Part shown: positions 46,101 to 55,283 of the stretch, one piece after another
Layout: each line of letters starts with the position of its first letter
Position numbering within the stretch: the stretch's first letter is position 1
Source of the DNA: Candidatus Daviesbacteria bacterium
GTDB lineage: Bacteria > Patescibacteriota > Microgenomatia > Daviesbacterales > UBA10151
Direction: 5' to 3'
Length of the DNA: 64,000 bases
Assembly (NCBI GenBank): GCA_028712705.1
Contig: JAQTPP010000003.1
Coordinates: 64,052-128,051 of the forward strand
Program-made: the position numbers and the translations under genes
The notes under the pieces: generated by a model
The model's database searches: none
What the model saw: the letters and a program-made list of their open reading frames with translations, nothing else
What the model was told of the DNA's origin: nothing

Positions 46101-48927
46101 TTTCTTTGGAACGAGTGAAGGTACATTCAGGGTAAGAAGCATGTTTGTCGGATACGATGATTATAACGACCAATTTTACGTCTATTTTCCGATGCCATAC
46201 GGGTCAAGTGCGGTCATAAAATTAACAAATAGCAGCGGGATTGATATCACCGCAGTTTCTTATGCAGCAGATTATAAAACTAGTGTTTACGAAAATGTCG
46301 GTAAAGAGGCAGTTTATTTTAAGGCTAATTATGTGAGTGATACGCCGGCCACAGGCCAGAATTTGATTGCTTTGGACACAAGCGGGAGAGGCAGAATAGT
46401 CGGATTCCTAAATGACCAGGGCGGCCCGGCTGAAGGGATGGAGGGTAATGAAAGAGTCTACATAAACGCAAACAAAAGCCCTCAAATTGAAGGAACGGGC
46501 ACGGAAGATTTTTTTAATGCGGCTTGGGGATTTGAGGGTCTCAATTTTCTAAAACCTTTAAGCGGAAATCCGTATGGTGCTTTCGCTTCTACCCCAATTA
46601 CTATGTATACCATTATGCCGGGACACAGTTTTAATTACGAAAACGGGGTTAAGTTTGAGCTTCAGCATGGACCTACCAGCAACATTGTTATTCCCTATAA
46701 TGCCGTTACTCTTTATTATGGATCATCAATTCCGGGAATTTCCCTTACCGATACCCTGGATGTAGATAACAGCTCTTCTGAAACCTCCCACAGCTATTCA
46801 AAAACAAACCAAACCTCCAGTGGTAGCCAAACCTATACTTATCCCGGGTCTGTTACAACCAGTGTTGCAGATGACGGGAGAGTTTTGACAGGAACAAGCC
46901 AATTTACCGCGAGTATCTCAAGTACCAACTTAGGTGTTATTTTACGAAGAAGATTAGATTATGGCACTGCCAACCAGACTGCAACGGTATCTGTTGATGG
47001 TACGGATGTTGGAACTTGGTATGATGCGGGCAGTAATAGTGTTAATAAATGGAGGGATTCAAATTTTTGGATCCCTTCAACATATACGGATGGGAAAAGC
47101 AGTATTACTGTCAAGATTACCAGTACAGACGGCAATGCCTGGAATGAATATTACTATTGGGTTTATTCCATTGACAATTTACTGGAAGCTCCAACTGTTT
47201 CAGCAGTGTCCTCTTCCCCAACTTCTTCCGCTACGACAATCACTTGGGCGACTAATAAGACTGCTTCTTCTAAAATCGATTATGGTTTAACCTCATCTTA
47301 TGGCAGCAGTACTACAGAGACTGACATCTCTACTCGTGTATCAAGTCACTCTGTTTCTCTTTCAAATCTGGTTGCCTGTACGACTTATCACTATCGAGTT
47401 AGATCGGTGGATGCTGCCAGTAACGAAACAATTGATAGTGATAACACTTTTACTACAACAGGCTGTACCGGTTCGGCAAGCGTTTCCTCTCAAGCTTCGT
47501 CCAATATTACCGCTGCTTCGGGAGGATCAGTCAGTTTACTTAGTAGCGGCAAGGGACTTAGTTTAATTGTTCCCGCTTCTTTTGCCGGTTCTGATGCTAA
47601 TTTTCAGATTAAACAACTGGAAAAAACAGCAGCTTTAGCCACAACCTCTGTTCCCAGTTCCGGTATATCTTCCGGAGGATACGGTTTAATCGGCAATTAT
47701 ATTTACCAGTTGGGCGCTTTAACAGATTTAGCTACTTCTTTATCCACTTTCAATCAACCCATTACCATAACTATGACTTATGGATCATCCGATGTGACAA
47801 GTATTGATGAATCTACTCTGAAGATATTCAGATGGGACGGAAGTTCCTGGCACCAACTTTCCGGCTGTAGTGTTGATACATCAGCTAAAACAGTTAGCTG
47901 TAGTACTTCCAACTTTTCTACTTTTGGATTGTTTGGCCAGACTACCACTCAGGCTCCAGCGCCTGCCTCAGCACCGTCTTGTAATGATATTACTCCAACG
48001 GGTATCCCTAATCTTTTCCAAATTTCAACCACCGGCAGTAGCGCCAAACTGACATTTACCACCTTTTCCTCCGGAGTAACTGGCTACAATATCTTTTATG
48101 GCTATACTTTGGGAGACGAGAGATTTAGTAGTAATGTTGATTACACAGGATCACTTTGGGTGCTAGATACCACTATCAATAACCTTGCCCCGAATACCAC
48201 CTATTACTTTAAGGTGAGGGCGAAAAATGGTTGTACTGCCGGTAGTTGGTCCAGTAGCCTTTCCGCCAAAACTCTCAATCCGGTGGAGTTTTCTAAATTA
48301 GAAATTGTTTCTTCTGAGCTGACACCCCAGACCAAAACAGAAGAAAGCTTAGACAACTGTTCTACATACACCGTACAGTCTGGTGATACGCTTTGGTCGA
48401 TAGCATCTCGACTTTTAGGAGATGGTAGTAAATACAAAAATCTTATTAATCAAAACAATGATAAATATCCCTCACTGGAAAACTCGAATAATTTAAAAGT
48501 AGGATGGGAGTTGAAAGTAAATTGTGAGAAACAGGAAGAAACAGGAGAAACCCAAAAACAAAGTGGCTATGATGTAAAAGTTAAAATTATGGACACTAAC
48601 AAAAAACCTGTTGAAGGAGCAACAGTTACCCTGCACTCCACACCCCAAACAACTAAAACAGATAAAGATGGTACTGCTCTATTTCATAATGTGGAACAGG
48701 GAGACCATAAAGTATTAATTGCCTACAGTGGTTTTCAGGGAGAACAATCCATAAATCTGACAGGAGATGTTAAAGAGTTTGATCTGAATGTGACTGTCAA
48801 ACCTCAAAGTGTGCTTTTATCGCCGATAGTAATAGGAATTGTTTCTGCTATGGCAGTAGTGATTGTAGTTCTAGGTTTTCTTTTAATGAGATCCAAAAAC
48901 ACAATAAAAAATATAAGCAAGATTTAA
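43174..48927 (+). CDS. Giant multidomain surface protein: DUF2341-like, discoidin/lectin-like, Ig-like (Big_1), DUF2961/GH172-like, FN3-like, LysM, prealbumin-like, C-terminal TM
   Basis: WWNTSYQYRQ/DLRLVY; LRDSYGDPISG...TDVNG; GPGILYRFWMT, EGNERVY, GTGTEDFFNAAWG; YTVQSGDTLWSIA; hydrophobic anchor with basic tail. Confidence 0.82.
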   Translation: MLTKTRQDKTRQDNYDFLNFSVVKFYLKFFLIAIFLVGTFLIPMKVLAVSWWNTSYQYRQNIKITSSNAIIPQNGTLTTTIDTQSLINAGKLRGDGKDLRLVYYNGSTNSEIDYTINFPSTRLLNNIGSSDTAVYIDDGDALPASGKVQIDDEIISYTGVSQTAVATPSSNNAGNIGPVTNINDGDITTANNNIGDFVPAGWYELDFPGQVTFNEVRFKEASWADGWIESSVVQYWDGDSWESVGNATLTPTPPAAWGDKNLSWYKSSFDSVTSTKMRLSVTQGGAALFSGLYELEVFNSPSATNLARQIWQLTGVSRGADSTTAASHTSLAQVRKALISSTTTEIVFKVQSRIETDKSDSGYYLYYGHSDENTSPATNSSNVYLFADEFTSSSLNASLTLANTTGLAVTENNAHSSYYHINLPYGYVFDYITGTNNSVTLYHPSPFLDWTIETSLDTFGNFAKHAGIAVSFGKTVWDTYLYGVWCGYLDEVLGSACRIRVDNANSTLNLLSTSFTGAYGIAGHVQLKVRKISDTYYFDYRLNNSSDFTNLGSLKTCCSTNDYGIDPVNIGLFSKDWVDTKQLDDSYFDYLRVATNTPSANYSVNFGTERTQATTGSVSTGNSSLTTTNPIIVPGHDTLSPITLTLRDSYGDPISGKQITFTSSRSGDSFSASSGTTDVNGQLTTNLTASTTAGTSNITATDSDGNAVTATSLITVQSIEPIGFDLYNNLYRLPYLDPNLQTLQTSSVDLNQLNADGGPAVGVSKFLYKDSNDEYVILDEKGPGILYRFWMTKDAGLEADLGNIRFYLDGSATPALDTNVNTLFGGSYQNLAFPIVSNRWNAAGGFHSFLPITFASSLKITTTNNTNYYYNITYQKLPSNASLTSYTTSDSNTKLLNLFNSAGLDPKSTSGNTTLTGSTALADGNTATIVNLSGNGSIQSLKLTFNPKTKTVLNGTYLQMYWDGESTPSVNVPIGYFFGTSEGTFRVRSMFVGYDDYNDQFYVYFPMPYGSSAVIKLTNSSGIDITAVSYAADYKTSVYENVGKEAVYFKANYVSDTPATGQNLIALDTSGRGRIVGFLNDQGGPAEGMEGNERVYINANKSPQIEGTGTEDFFNAAWGFEGLNFLKPLSGNPYGAFASTPITMYTIMPGHSFNYENGVKFELQHGPTSNIVIPYNAVTLYYGSSIPGISLTDTLDVDNSSSETSHSYSKTNQTSSGSQTYTYPGSVTTSVADDGRVLTGTSQFTASISSTNLGVILRRRLDYGTANQTATVSVDGTDVGTWYDAGSNSVNKWRDSNFWIPSTYTDGKSSITVKITSTDGNAWNEYYYWVYSIDNLLEAPTVSAVSSSPTSSATTITWATNKTASSKIDYGLTSSYGSSTTETDISTRVSSHSVSLSNLVACTTYHYRVRSVDAASNETIDSDNTFTTTGCTGSASVSSQASSNITAASGGSVSLLSSGKGLSLIVPASFAGSDANFQIKQLEKTAALATTSVPSSGISSGGYGLIGNYIYQLGALTDLATSLSTFNQPITITMTYGSSDVTSIDESTLKIFRWDGSSWHQLSGCSVDTSAKTVSCSTSNFSTFGLFGQTTTQAPAPASAPSCNDITPTGIPNLFQISTTGSSAKLTFTTFSSGVTGYNIFYGYTLGDERFSSNVDYTGSLWVLDTTINNLAPNTTYYFKVRAKNGCTAGSWSSSLSAKTLNPVEFSKLEIVSSELTPQTKTEESLDNCSTYTVQSGDTLWSIASRLLGDGSKYKNLINQNNDKYPSLENSNNLKVGWELKVNCEKQEETGETQKQSGYDVKVKIMDTNKKPVEGATVTLHSTPQTTKTDKDGTALFHNVEQGDHKVLIAYSGFQGEQSINLTGDVKEFDLNVTVKPQSVLLSPIVIGIVSAMAVVIVVLGFLLMRSKNTIKNISKI
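43182..43214. repeat. Simple sequence repeat (CAAGA)6+CAA in 5' coding region
   Basis: Counted directly; encodes KTRQDKTRQD. Confidence 0.95.
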
Positions 48928-49097
48928 GTTTCTTGTCTTTTCCGTTACGCCAGAGGCGGGACTATAAATAATAAAAATCGCGCGCTCTTAAAAAAAATAG
49001 ATGTATTGCTTTTAGCAAAAAATACCAGAGCAAGGCCGAAGGCCGAGCGGACAATGAAGTCCCGCCAAGCGAAGCGCGGCGGGGCTACCGAAGCGAC

Positions 49098-50171
49098 TTA
49101 AAGGTTATTAGTACCAACTGCCTCCGAGATATTTTTGTAGCCGTCTTTTTTAAGAAGCTTTACTAATCCCTGGTTAATTTCGGAAATTACTTGGGGCCCC
49201 TCAAAAATCATTCCTGTTATCAGTTCTACAAGCGATGCCCCAAGTTTAATCTTTTTATAGGCGTCTTCTGCCGAAAAAACTCCTCCTGCTCCGATGATGA
49301 CATATTTCCCCCTGGTTTTTTGATGAATTTCTTGGATCTGATGATTTGATAAATCTTCTACTGCTTTTCCGCTTAATCCTCCTTTGTGATTTTTTTGCTT
49401 GGTCAGATTAGTACAAATAAACCCTGCCACTTTATGTTTTTTTACTACCTCAAGAATTCCATCAAGCTCCTGATTTGTTAAATCAGGCGGCATTTTTATA
49501 AAAATAGGCTTATCAGTCGGAATTTTATCTATTTGAAGCAGTAGTTTGTGAAGTTTTTCCGGGTCGGAAAAAGGGCTGCCGCCAAACGCATTGGGACAAC
49601 TGATATTAATGTCAAAAATCCGGCCGATACCGGTAAAATGCCGGTATGCCTTAAGATAATCCCTGATACCTGCTTCTTCTTCAATCGTATCCTGGCTATT
49701 GGTTTTACCGATACTGGTAATAACGGGGATGGTAAATTTTTCCTTTTCCAGCCTGCTTGAAATCGTTTCACAGCCGTCATTTTTGAGGCCGTAATAGACC
49801 AGCAAGCTTTTGGATTCCTTTAATCGCCAAAGGCGGGGTTTGGGATTGCCGGAACACGCCTCACCTGTGATTGTGCCGATTTCGGTAAAGCCAAATCCAA
49901 CCGAAGGTAAAATTTGTGTGAGCCTGGCATTTTTATCAAATCCTGCAGCCAACCCGACAGGGTTATTAAAATTTATCCCTAAAATTTTCTGCTCCAAAGA
50001 GGGATGGGAATAAGTAAGAAAAAAGGCGGTAATGCTTTTTGTGATTTTGCTTTTACCCAGAAGTATGCCAACCCAGGTTATAAAATCATGGATTGATTCA
50101 GGATCTATCTTGAAAAAGACTGGTTTTAACAGGTTTTGATAAAGAAAACGGATGAAATTGGTTTTTATCAT
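49098..50171 (-). CDS. pyrD: Dihydroorotate dehydrogenase, class 2 (quinone type)
   Basis: DPESIH N-terminal helix, GLAAGFDKN, GNPKPRL, NISCPN, GGLSG, GASLVELITG. Confidence 0.93.
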   Translation of the reverse strand: MIKTNFIRFLYQNLLKPVFFKIDPESIHDFITWVGILLGKSKITKSITAFFLTYSHPSLEQKILGINFNNPVGLAAGFDKNARLTQILPSVGFGFTEIGTITGEACSGNPKPRLWRLKESKSLLVYYGLKNDGCETISSRLEKEKFTIPVITSIGKTNSQDTIEEEAGIRDYLKAYRHFTGIGRIFDINISCPNAFGGSPFSDPEKLHKLLLQIDKIPTDKPIFIKMPPDLTNQELDGILEVVKKHKVAGFICTNLTKQKNHKGGLSGKAVEDLSNHQIQEIHQKTRGKYVIIGAGGVFSAEDAYKKIKLGASLVELITGMIFEGPQVISEINQGLVKLLKKDGYKNISEAVGTNNL

Positions 50172-50200
50172 TATAGATTTAGATGTTATAATACTACTGT

Positions 50201-50938
50201 ATGAGAAGTCTTGCCACTTTTATCATTCCCATTCTGGCGTTTTTTGTGATTTTACTCATTTACACTAAAGCTTTTGGGCCAATCCCCTTTTCGGTAAATA
50301 GTGTAAACACAACCAAAACAGATACTTTTAATGTTTCGGGTGAAGGTGCTGCGGTTGCAAAACCGGATATGGCAATTTTGGTTGTCGGCATTCAGGCGGA
50401 GGCTAGTACAGTCAAAGCCGCGCAAGACCAGATCAACTCCATCATCAATAATGTGGCAGCTGCCATTAAAAAATTGGGCGTTGAACAAAAAGATATTCAA
50501 ACAGCAAGCTATAATATTAATCCCGCTTACGATTATACAGGCGGTTCCCAGCGCATTACCGGTTACTCGGCTTCAACTAATTTGTCAATAAAAATCCGCA
50601 GTATAGATCTTACCGGTCAAGTGATAGATTCGGCTACAGGAAACGGAGCAAATCAAATAGGAGGAATTAGTTTTGATGTAGATGATAAAAGCAAACTAGA
50701 AGATGAGGCCAGACAAAAAGCAGTGGTTGCGGCCAAAAAGAAAGCTGAAAGTGCTGCTAAAATTGCCGGATTTAAGTTGGGCAGAATAGTTAATTACTCG
50801 GAAAACTTTGACTTAAACCCTCAGCCGTTACGGATGGCAGTCGGGGCACCGGCTGAAAGTGTAAACTTAAAAACAGCAGTGGAACCCGGGTCTTCTGAGA
50901 TTAAAGTAATAGTTACCCTAAGCTACGAAATTTACTGA
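50201..50938 (+). CDS. SIMPL/DUF541 domain protein
   Basis: VSGEG...PD, DIQT, GANQIGGISF, KAESAAKIAGFKLG. Confidence 0.9.
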   Translation: MRSLATFIIPILAFFVILLIYTKAFGPIPFSVNSVNTTKTDTFNVSGEGAAVAKPDMAILVVGIQAEASTVKAAQDQINSIINNVAAAIKKLGVEQKDIQTASYNINPAYDYTGGSQRITGYSASTNLSIKIRSIDLTGQVIDSATGNGANQIGGISFDVDDKSKLEDEARQKAVVAAKKKAESAAKIAGFKLGRIVNYSENFDLNPQPLRMAVGAPAESVNLKTAVEPGSSEIKVIVTLSYEIY

Positions 50939-50994
50939 TATCCATTATTTTCTTGAAAAAAGCAAGTGTTTTTGAGTACAATAGAATTTACTTC

Positions 50995-51066
50995 GCGGGT
51001 GTAATTCACCGGTAGAATGCCACTTTTCCAAAGTGGACGTAAGGGGTCCGACTCCCCTCACCCGCT
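50995..51066 (+). tRNA. tRNA-Gly(TCC)
   Basis: CCACT-TT TCC AA-AGTGG; T-loop TCCGACT (C55). Confidence 0.92.
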
Positions 51067-51197
51067 CTTGATCAACAAAAATTCCCATTTCGGGAGTTTT
51101 TTTGAGCATGGGTGAGTTTGGAATCGGATTCTAGTCCGAAGGACGGTCCGCCATCCCGCCATGGCGGGATGATCTGCGTTCTCCCCTCACCCGCTCA
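51067..51197 (+). repeat. tRNA-Gly downstream element: terminator, inverted tRNA-end copy, duplicated 3' end with T-loop hairpin insertion
   Basis: ggtccg[30 nt]ctcccctcacccgctc versus tRNA ggtccg-a-ctcccctcacccgctc. Confidence 0.88.
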
Positions 51198-51249
51198 TCG
51201 CCTCGTCCTTTTGCAAAGCAAAAGAGACGGGCGTATTAAAACAGGATAA

Positions 51250-51485
51250 ATGTATACAGTCTACGTTTTACGAAGTTTCAAAGATGGCAGACTAAAGACA
51301 TTGAAAACCGAGTCAAAGAACACAATGCTGGTGAAGTAAAATCTACAAAAGGCAGAATTCCATTTGAACTTTAGTATAAAGAAGAATTTCCCGACAAATA
51401 TGAAGCTTTTAAGTGTGAACAGCATTTTAAGACTGCTTGGGGACGTAGACGATTAAGGAAAATTCTGTCAAATTTAATCCTATAA
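51250..51485 (+). pseudogene. GIY-YIG (UPF0213/YhbQ-like) nuclease pseudogene
   Basis: MYTVYVLRS..DGR, frameshift removing the YIG segment, then RVKEHNAG..KSTK..PFEL*YKEEF...EA...E..FK with TAG at 51372-51374. Confidence 0.85.
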
Positions 51486-51697
51486 CCCTGCACCCTAACG
51501 AGAATCGAACTAATCTTATGCTCGTTATTTCCATTGTGGGTCGAACTCTTCAAAATCTCCCAACTGCGCATACCAATTGTATGTCTTTTAGTTCATCTTC
51601 CGATGCGTTAGGATAATATTTCTTTATTACTTCTAAAGGCAACATCTTAAATCATTTGCTCTTGCAAGACCTAAGCCTATACCCTATAATTCCTCAC

Positions 51698-52444
51698 ATG
51701 TCAGTAGAAATACCTCGTGGAGAACCAAGAAAAGATGATCAGCCATCTGAAATAAAACTTGATGTCCGATTTAAGCCATACAAAAGAGTTCGTAATTTTT
51801 ATTGGCCCAAGAAAGGTGAGGACCCAGCTATAGTTGATGAAAGATATGATCATACATTATTGCTACGTAGGAAAGTATCTCTTTATGGAATCCTTGGTTG
51901 GATAGATATCGTAAGTGATGATCCCGAGTCTTGGGTAGAATCACTCATAAGAGGACTTCCTATAGAAAAACCGTTTGGAGAGACTCACTTTGAGGAAATT
52001 TACAGAGGGCGTGATAATATTAAGTATACAAAGAAACCTTATATACTTCGTTTTGCCTTTCATCTCCATAATCCTGCGGAGTATGCCAAACTTTTAAACA
52101 CCTATGCTGATGTAAACTTAGGTCAGGAGCGATACATGGCAGCTTGGAATTTAAGTGTTCCTAGAGTTCAAAGAATAATGCAATGCCTAGAAGATGGAAA
52201 AGAAGTAATACTTCCAGAAAAAAATCTCATAAATTTAAAAACAGAGAACGGAAATGACGGCGATATAGATGGAGACGGTAGAAATGAAGATTTTGGGCGA
52301 GCATCTTTTGTTTGGCTACCAGAAGATCTTAAAAAACTTAGGACTATTCAACTAACATTTCATAGGTTCTTCGATAAAGATGATGAAGAACCACCAACAG
52401 AACCGCCTATACCCGATAGAGAACGCCTACTTGTACGTACATAA
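51698..52444 (+). CDS. Hypothetical protein
   Basis: ORF after TTGCAA...TATAAT; no motif recognised. Confidence 0.7.
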   Translation: MSVEIPRGEPRKDDQPSEIKLDVRFKPYKRVRNFYWPKKGEDPAIVDERYDHTLLLRRKVSLYGILGWIDIVSDDPESWVESLIRGLPIEKPFGETHFEEIYRGRDNIKYTKKPYILRFAFHLHNPAEYAKLLNTYADVNLGQERYMAAWNLSVPRVQRIMQCLEDGKEVILPEKNLINLKTENGNDGDIDGDGRNEDFGRASFVWLPEDLKKLRTIQLTFHRFFDKDDEEPPTEPPIPDRERLLVRT

Positions 52445-52639
52445 TTTGATATGCATACTTATACAGTTTTTAGTTCTAAAATATAAACTAAATCAGGTAA
52501 TAGACCGTCAGATAGGGAATAATCTGAAGAATTCTGGCAGTCTGTGTAACAGTACGTTAGGAGCTCCATACGATTTTTATTGAGCTGGCAATATTTAGCT
52601 TCAAAAAATTGTTAAATCTTTATGTGCTAATATTTCTAT

Positions 52640-53446
52640 ATGATTAACCCAAAAGCACTCATTGAGGGTTTAACTGAAGAGTTTTCTCAAAATCCTTTAG
52701 TCCTGGCTTTTACTTTAGTAGGATCGCAAGCCAGAGAGGATAGCTATAAAGCAGCTAAATATTCCGACATGGAGGCTTACGTTATTACAAAAGATGAGGA
52801 TGCAGAAAAATTAGAGAAAGAACTGCCTGATTTAGTAAAAAAATTTGGTAAGGTTTTATTCTCCTTTAAACATCAAATTGGATTTGTTACAGTTTATGAC
52901 GATCTCTTTAGACTAGAGCTGCCGGTAATCAAGTTATCACAGCTAAAATCTTTATTTTCCCGGCCTGAAGCACAAGTAGTAAGCGTTCTAATTGACAGGA
53001 TTGAAGGTGAACTGGAAAAAGTGCTCCACAGTCGACCTGAAACCATTGATTATGCTCAAGCGTTTGCAGATAAAATAACTAATTTTTGGTATTGGCAGAT
53101 ACTTGGGGTCCAATATTTTAAAAAAGGAGAGATATACAATACGAGGGGTATCTTGAATATTCATGCCTCAGCGCTAATTAAATTATTCGAACTGTTAAAT
53201 AACCCCTTGATACTGCTTCTGGAAACAAATAAAAGAATTGAACAATCTCTCACAAAAGAGCAATTAAAACTTCTTAAAGAAGTTACCCCTGCTTATAATT
53301 CTGGACAAATTAAAAAGTCTCTTGAGAAAGTTATGGATATTTTTTCAGAAACAGCAAAAGCGATTAAAGAAAAATATGGCTATAGTTATGATGAAAATCT
53401 TGAAAGTACAGTAAGACCAAAACTCCTTGACCTCTTATCTGTGTAA
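52640..53446 (+). CDS. Nucleotidyltransferase, Lnu(B/F)/aminoglycoside adenylyltransferase-like
   Basis: GSQAR...YSDMEAY pol-beta motif; helical C-terminal domain with NKRIEQ. Confidence 0.65.
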   Translation: MINPKALIEGLTEEFSQNPLVLAFTLVGSQAREDSYKAAKYSDMEAYVITKDEDAEKLEKELPDLVKKFGKVLFSFKHQIGFVTVYDDLFRLELPVIKLSQLKSLFSRPEAQVVSVLIDRIEGELEKVLHSRPETIDYAQAFADKITNFWYWQILGVQYFKKGEIYNTRGILNIHASALIKLFELLNNPLILLLETNKRIEQSLTKEQLKLLKEVTPAYNSGQIKKSLEKVMDIFSETAKAIKEKYGYSYDENLESTVRPKLLDLLSV

Positions 53447-53503
53447 GATAATGTCTATTGCGGTTATACACATAAATATGTGTTACAATTAACATCTAAC
53501 ATC

Positions 53504-54040
53504 ATGGGAAATTTTAATCGCGGTAGATCAGGCAGAAACGGAGGGTTCAGGCCAAGATTTAACGACCGTGGTTCAAGTCGTGGTCCTGTTGAAATGCACC
53601 AGGCAGTTTGTGACAATTGTGGAAAAAACTGTGAAGTTCCTTTCCGGCCAACAAGCGGTAAGCCTATATTTTGCAGCAGTTGCTTTGAAAGTAATAGAGG
53701 GTCTGATTCAAGACCGACTAGTTTTGAAGAAAAAAGAATGTTTGAAGCTACCTGTGATGAGTGCGCAAACACTTGTAAGGTTCCCTTTCAACCAAGCGGT
53801 GGAAAGCCGGTCTACTGCAGTAATTGTTTTGGAGAGAAAAAAGGAGCCGGAAGCAAGGAAAATGCACAATCCCAGCCTCAGTATACAGAACAGTTTGAAC
53901 AGCTGAATAACAAACTCGATAAAATATTAATAATGTTGTCTCCAGAAGTAAAAGATCAACAACCCGAAGAACAAACTGTTAATACAGATAATACAGAGAA
54001 GAAAACAAAAGTAACTAAGAAAAAACCTCCTCTGCTATAG
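53504..54040 (+). CDS. CxxC-x17-CxxC domain protein (two repeats)
   Basis: CDNC..CEVPFRP....PIFCSSCF and a second copy. Confidence 0.9.
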   Translation: MGNFNRGRSGRNGGFRPRFNDRGSSRGPVEMHQAVCDNCGKNCEVPFRPTSGKPIFCSSCFESNRGSDSRPTSFEEKRMFEATCDECANTCKVPFQPSGGKPVYCSNCFGEKKGAGSKENAQSQPQYTEQFEQLNNKLDKILIMLSPEVKDQQPEEQTVNTDNTEKKTKVTKKKPPLL

Positions 54041-54122
54041 TTGAGAACTATCAGGTCTCTGTTGCATTAACGGATTTAACTGGACGCTTTGGGCTGTAAC
54101 GCTTCCGTCTTTTGAGAGGTTA

Positions 54123-54491
54123 TTAGAGCTGCTGGAGGTCCTGGTCTACTTGAGCAAAATCAGCATCTGCTTCTGATGACACGTCAATACTGTTTAGCTC
54201 ATCTTCTAGATTTGACTGAGGAGAAGGTGAAGGAGAAGTTTGAGTTGTAGTAGTTTGAGGAGCAGCTGTTTGTTGCCTGTTTAAGAAGAAATAGATTCCG
54301 CCTACCGCTAAAATTACTATTATTAGCCCAACCACGAACCAAACGACTATATTATTAGAATTATTTGAAGGCGCGTTTACCGGAGGGATACCGGGCATTT
54401 GAGCCTGTGGCGGTGTTTCAGGTTTTGATATCGGAGCAGAAGGTGCTACATTTGGTGTTATTGGCGCTTGAACCGGATTATTGTTTTCCAC
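54123..54491 (-). CDS. Single-TM Pro-rich hypothetical protein
   Basis: GTG start after GGAGG; Pro/Asn-rich region, TM, acidic tail. Confidence 0.7.
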   Translation of the reverse strand: MENNNPVQAPITPNVAPSAPISKPETPPQAQMPGIPPVNAPSNNSNNIVVWFVVGLIIVILAVGGIYFFLNRQQTAAPQTTTTQTSPSPSPQSNLEDELNSIDVSSEADADFAQVDQDLQQL

Positions 54492-55107
54492 TTGTTGTTG
54501 CCTCCTTGCCTGATTTAGCCACTCTGATGGCATTTGCCACCGATTGTTTTGCATCAATAACAGATTTTCTAAGAGTCAAAAGATCCGTATGCAGCTTATC
54601 TCTTTGTATTTTAGCATCTATGCCAATTCTATTCTCTGAAGTCACCTGAATTGTATAATCATTTTGAGCTTGAACAGCAATCAAGGCTGATGCCGAAGCA
54701 ATAGCCGTTCTCGCAGAGACAATAGCAGCTTTTGCGCTGGCAGGATCTTTGATGTCCGGGGTCGGTTTACTTACTCTTGTCTCCAGCTTATCTAAAATTG
54801 AAGTCATTGTATCCAGATGTTTTTGCATTTGCGTAGTTTGGTTTTGATTTATTTGATTTAAGTTAGCGCTAATCCTGGCTGCTGCTGTTGCTTTCTTTTG
54901 ATCCCTGAATGTTTGCAGTTTCAACTTTAAAGCTGCTTCTCTGAAAGCCAGCTTTTCCCTCGTTAGTTGAATTTTGTTGGGTTCAACAGGCTTTCTTGCT
55001 GACGCTGTTCCCGGTAGATCTTCGGCAAATGCTAGACCGGCACTTGTAACTAGAACTGATAATCCAATTAATATTGCTGAGGCTTTTGAAAGACCGAATT
55101 TGAACAT
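54478..55107 (-). CDS. Secreted coiled-coil hypothetical protein
   Basis: Signal peptide ending AFA-E; helical, Ala-rich. Confidence 0.75.
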   Translation of the reverse strand: MFKFGLSKASAILIGLSVLVTSAGLAFAEDLPGTASARKPVEPNKIQLTREKLAFREAALKLKLQTFRDQKKATAAARISANLNQINQNQTTQMQKHLDTMTSILDKLETRVSKPTPDIKDPASAKAAIVSARTAIASASALIAVQAQNDYTIQVTSENRIGIDAKIQRDKLHTDLLTLRKSVIDAKQSVANAIRVAKSGKEATTSGKQ

Positions 55108-55152
55108 TACAATCTAATCTATCAAAAGTCGGAATGTCTGTCAACTATTAAG

Positions 55153-55283
55153 TGGCGCGCCCGGAGGGATAATACACCCAATCGCGCCTTCGGCGGATTG
55201 GCGAACCGCTCTTTGAGCTAGGGTCGATTCCCAAACCGGACACTTTAAAAAATAACCGGCCATAAAGACCGGTATTTTTTAAG
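55153..55283 (-). repeat. tRNA-Arg downstream element: terminator, inverted copy, duplicated 3' end (with CCA) carrying T-loop hairpin insertion
   Basis: tggcgcgcccggagggat[aatacacccaatc...gattgg]cgaacc; insert flanks identical to the tRNA-Tyr element. Confidence 0.88.

Noticed and set aside
51488-51600. tRNA-antisense-like motif gcaccctaacgagaatcgaact (and 52555-52590) as further recombinase-tail junctions
   Set aside because: Suggestive, but I could not match them convincingly to a tRNA end in this window.
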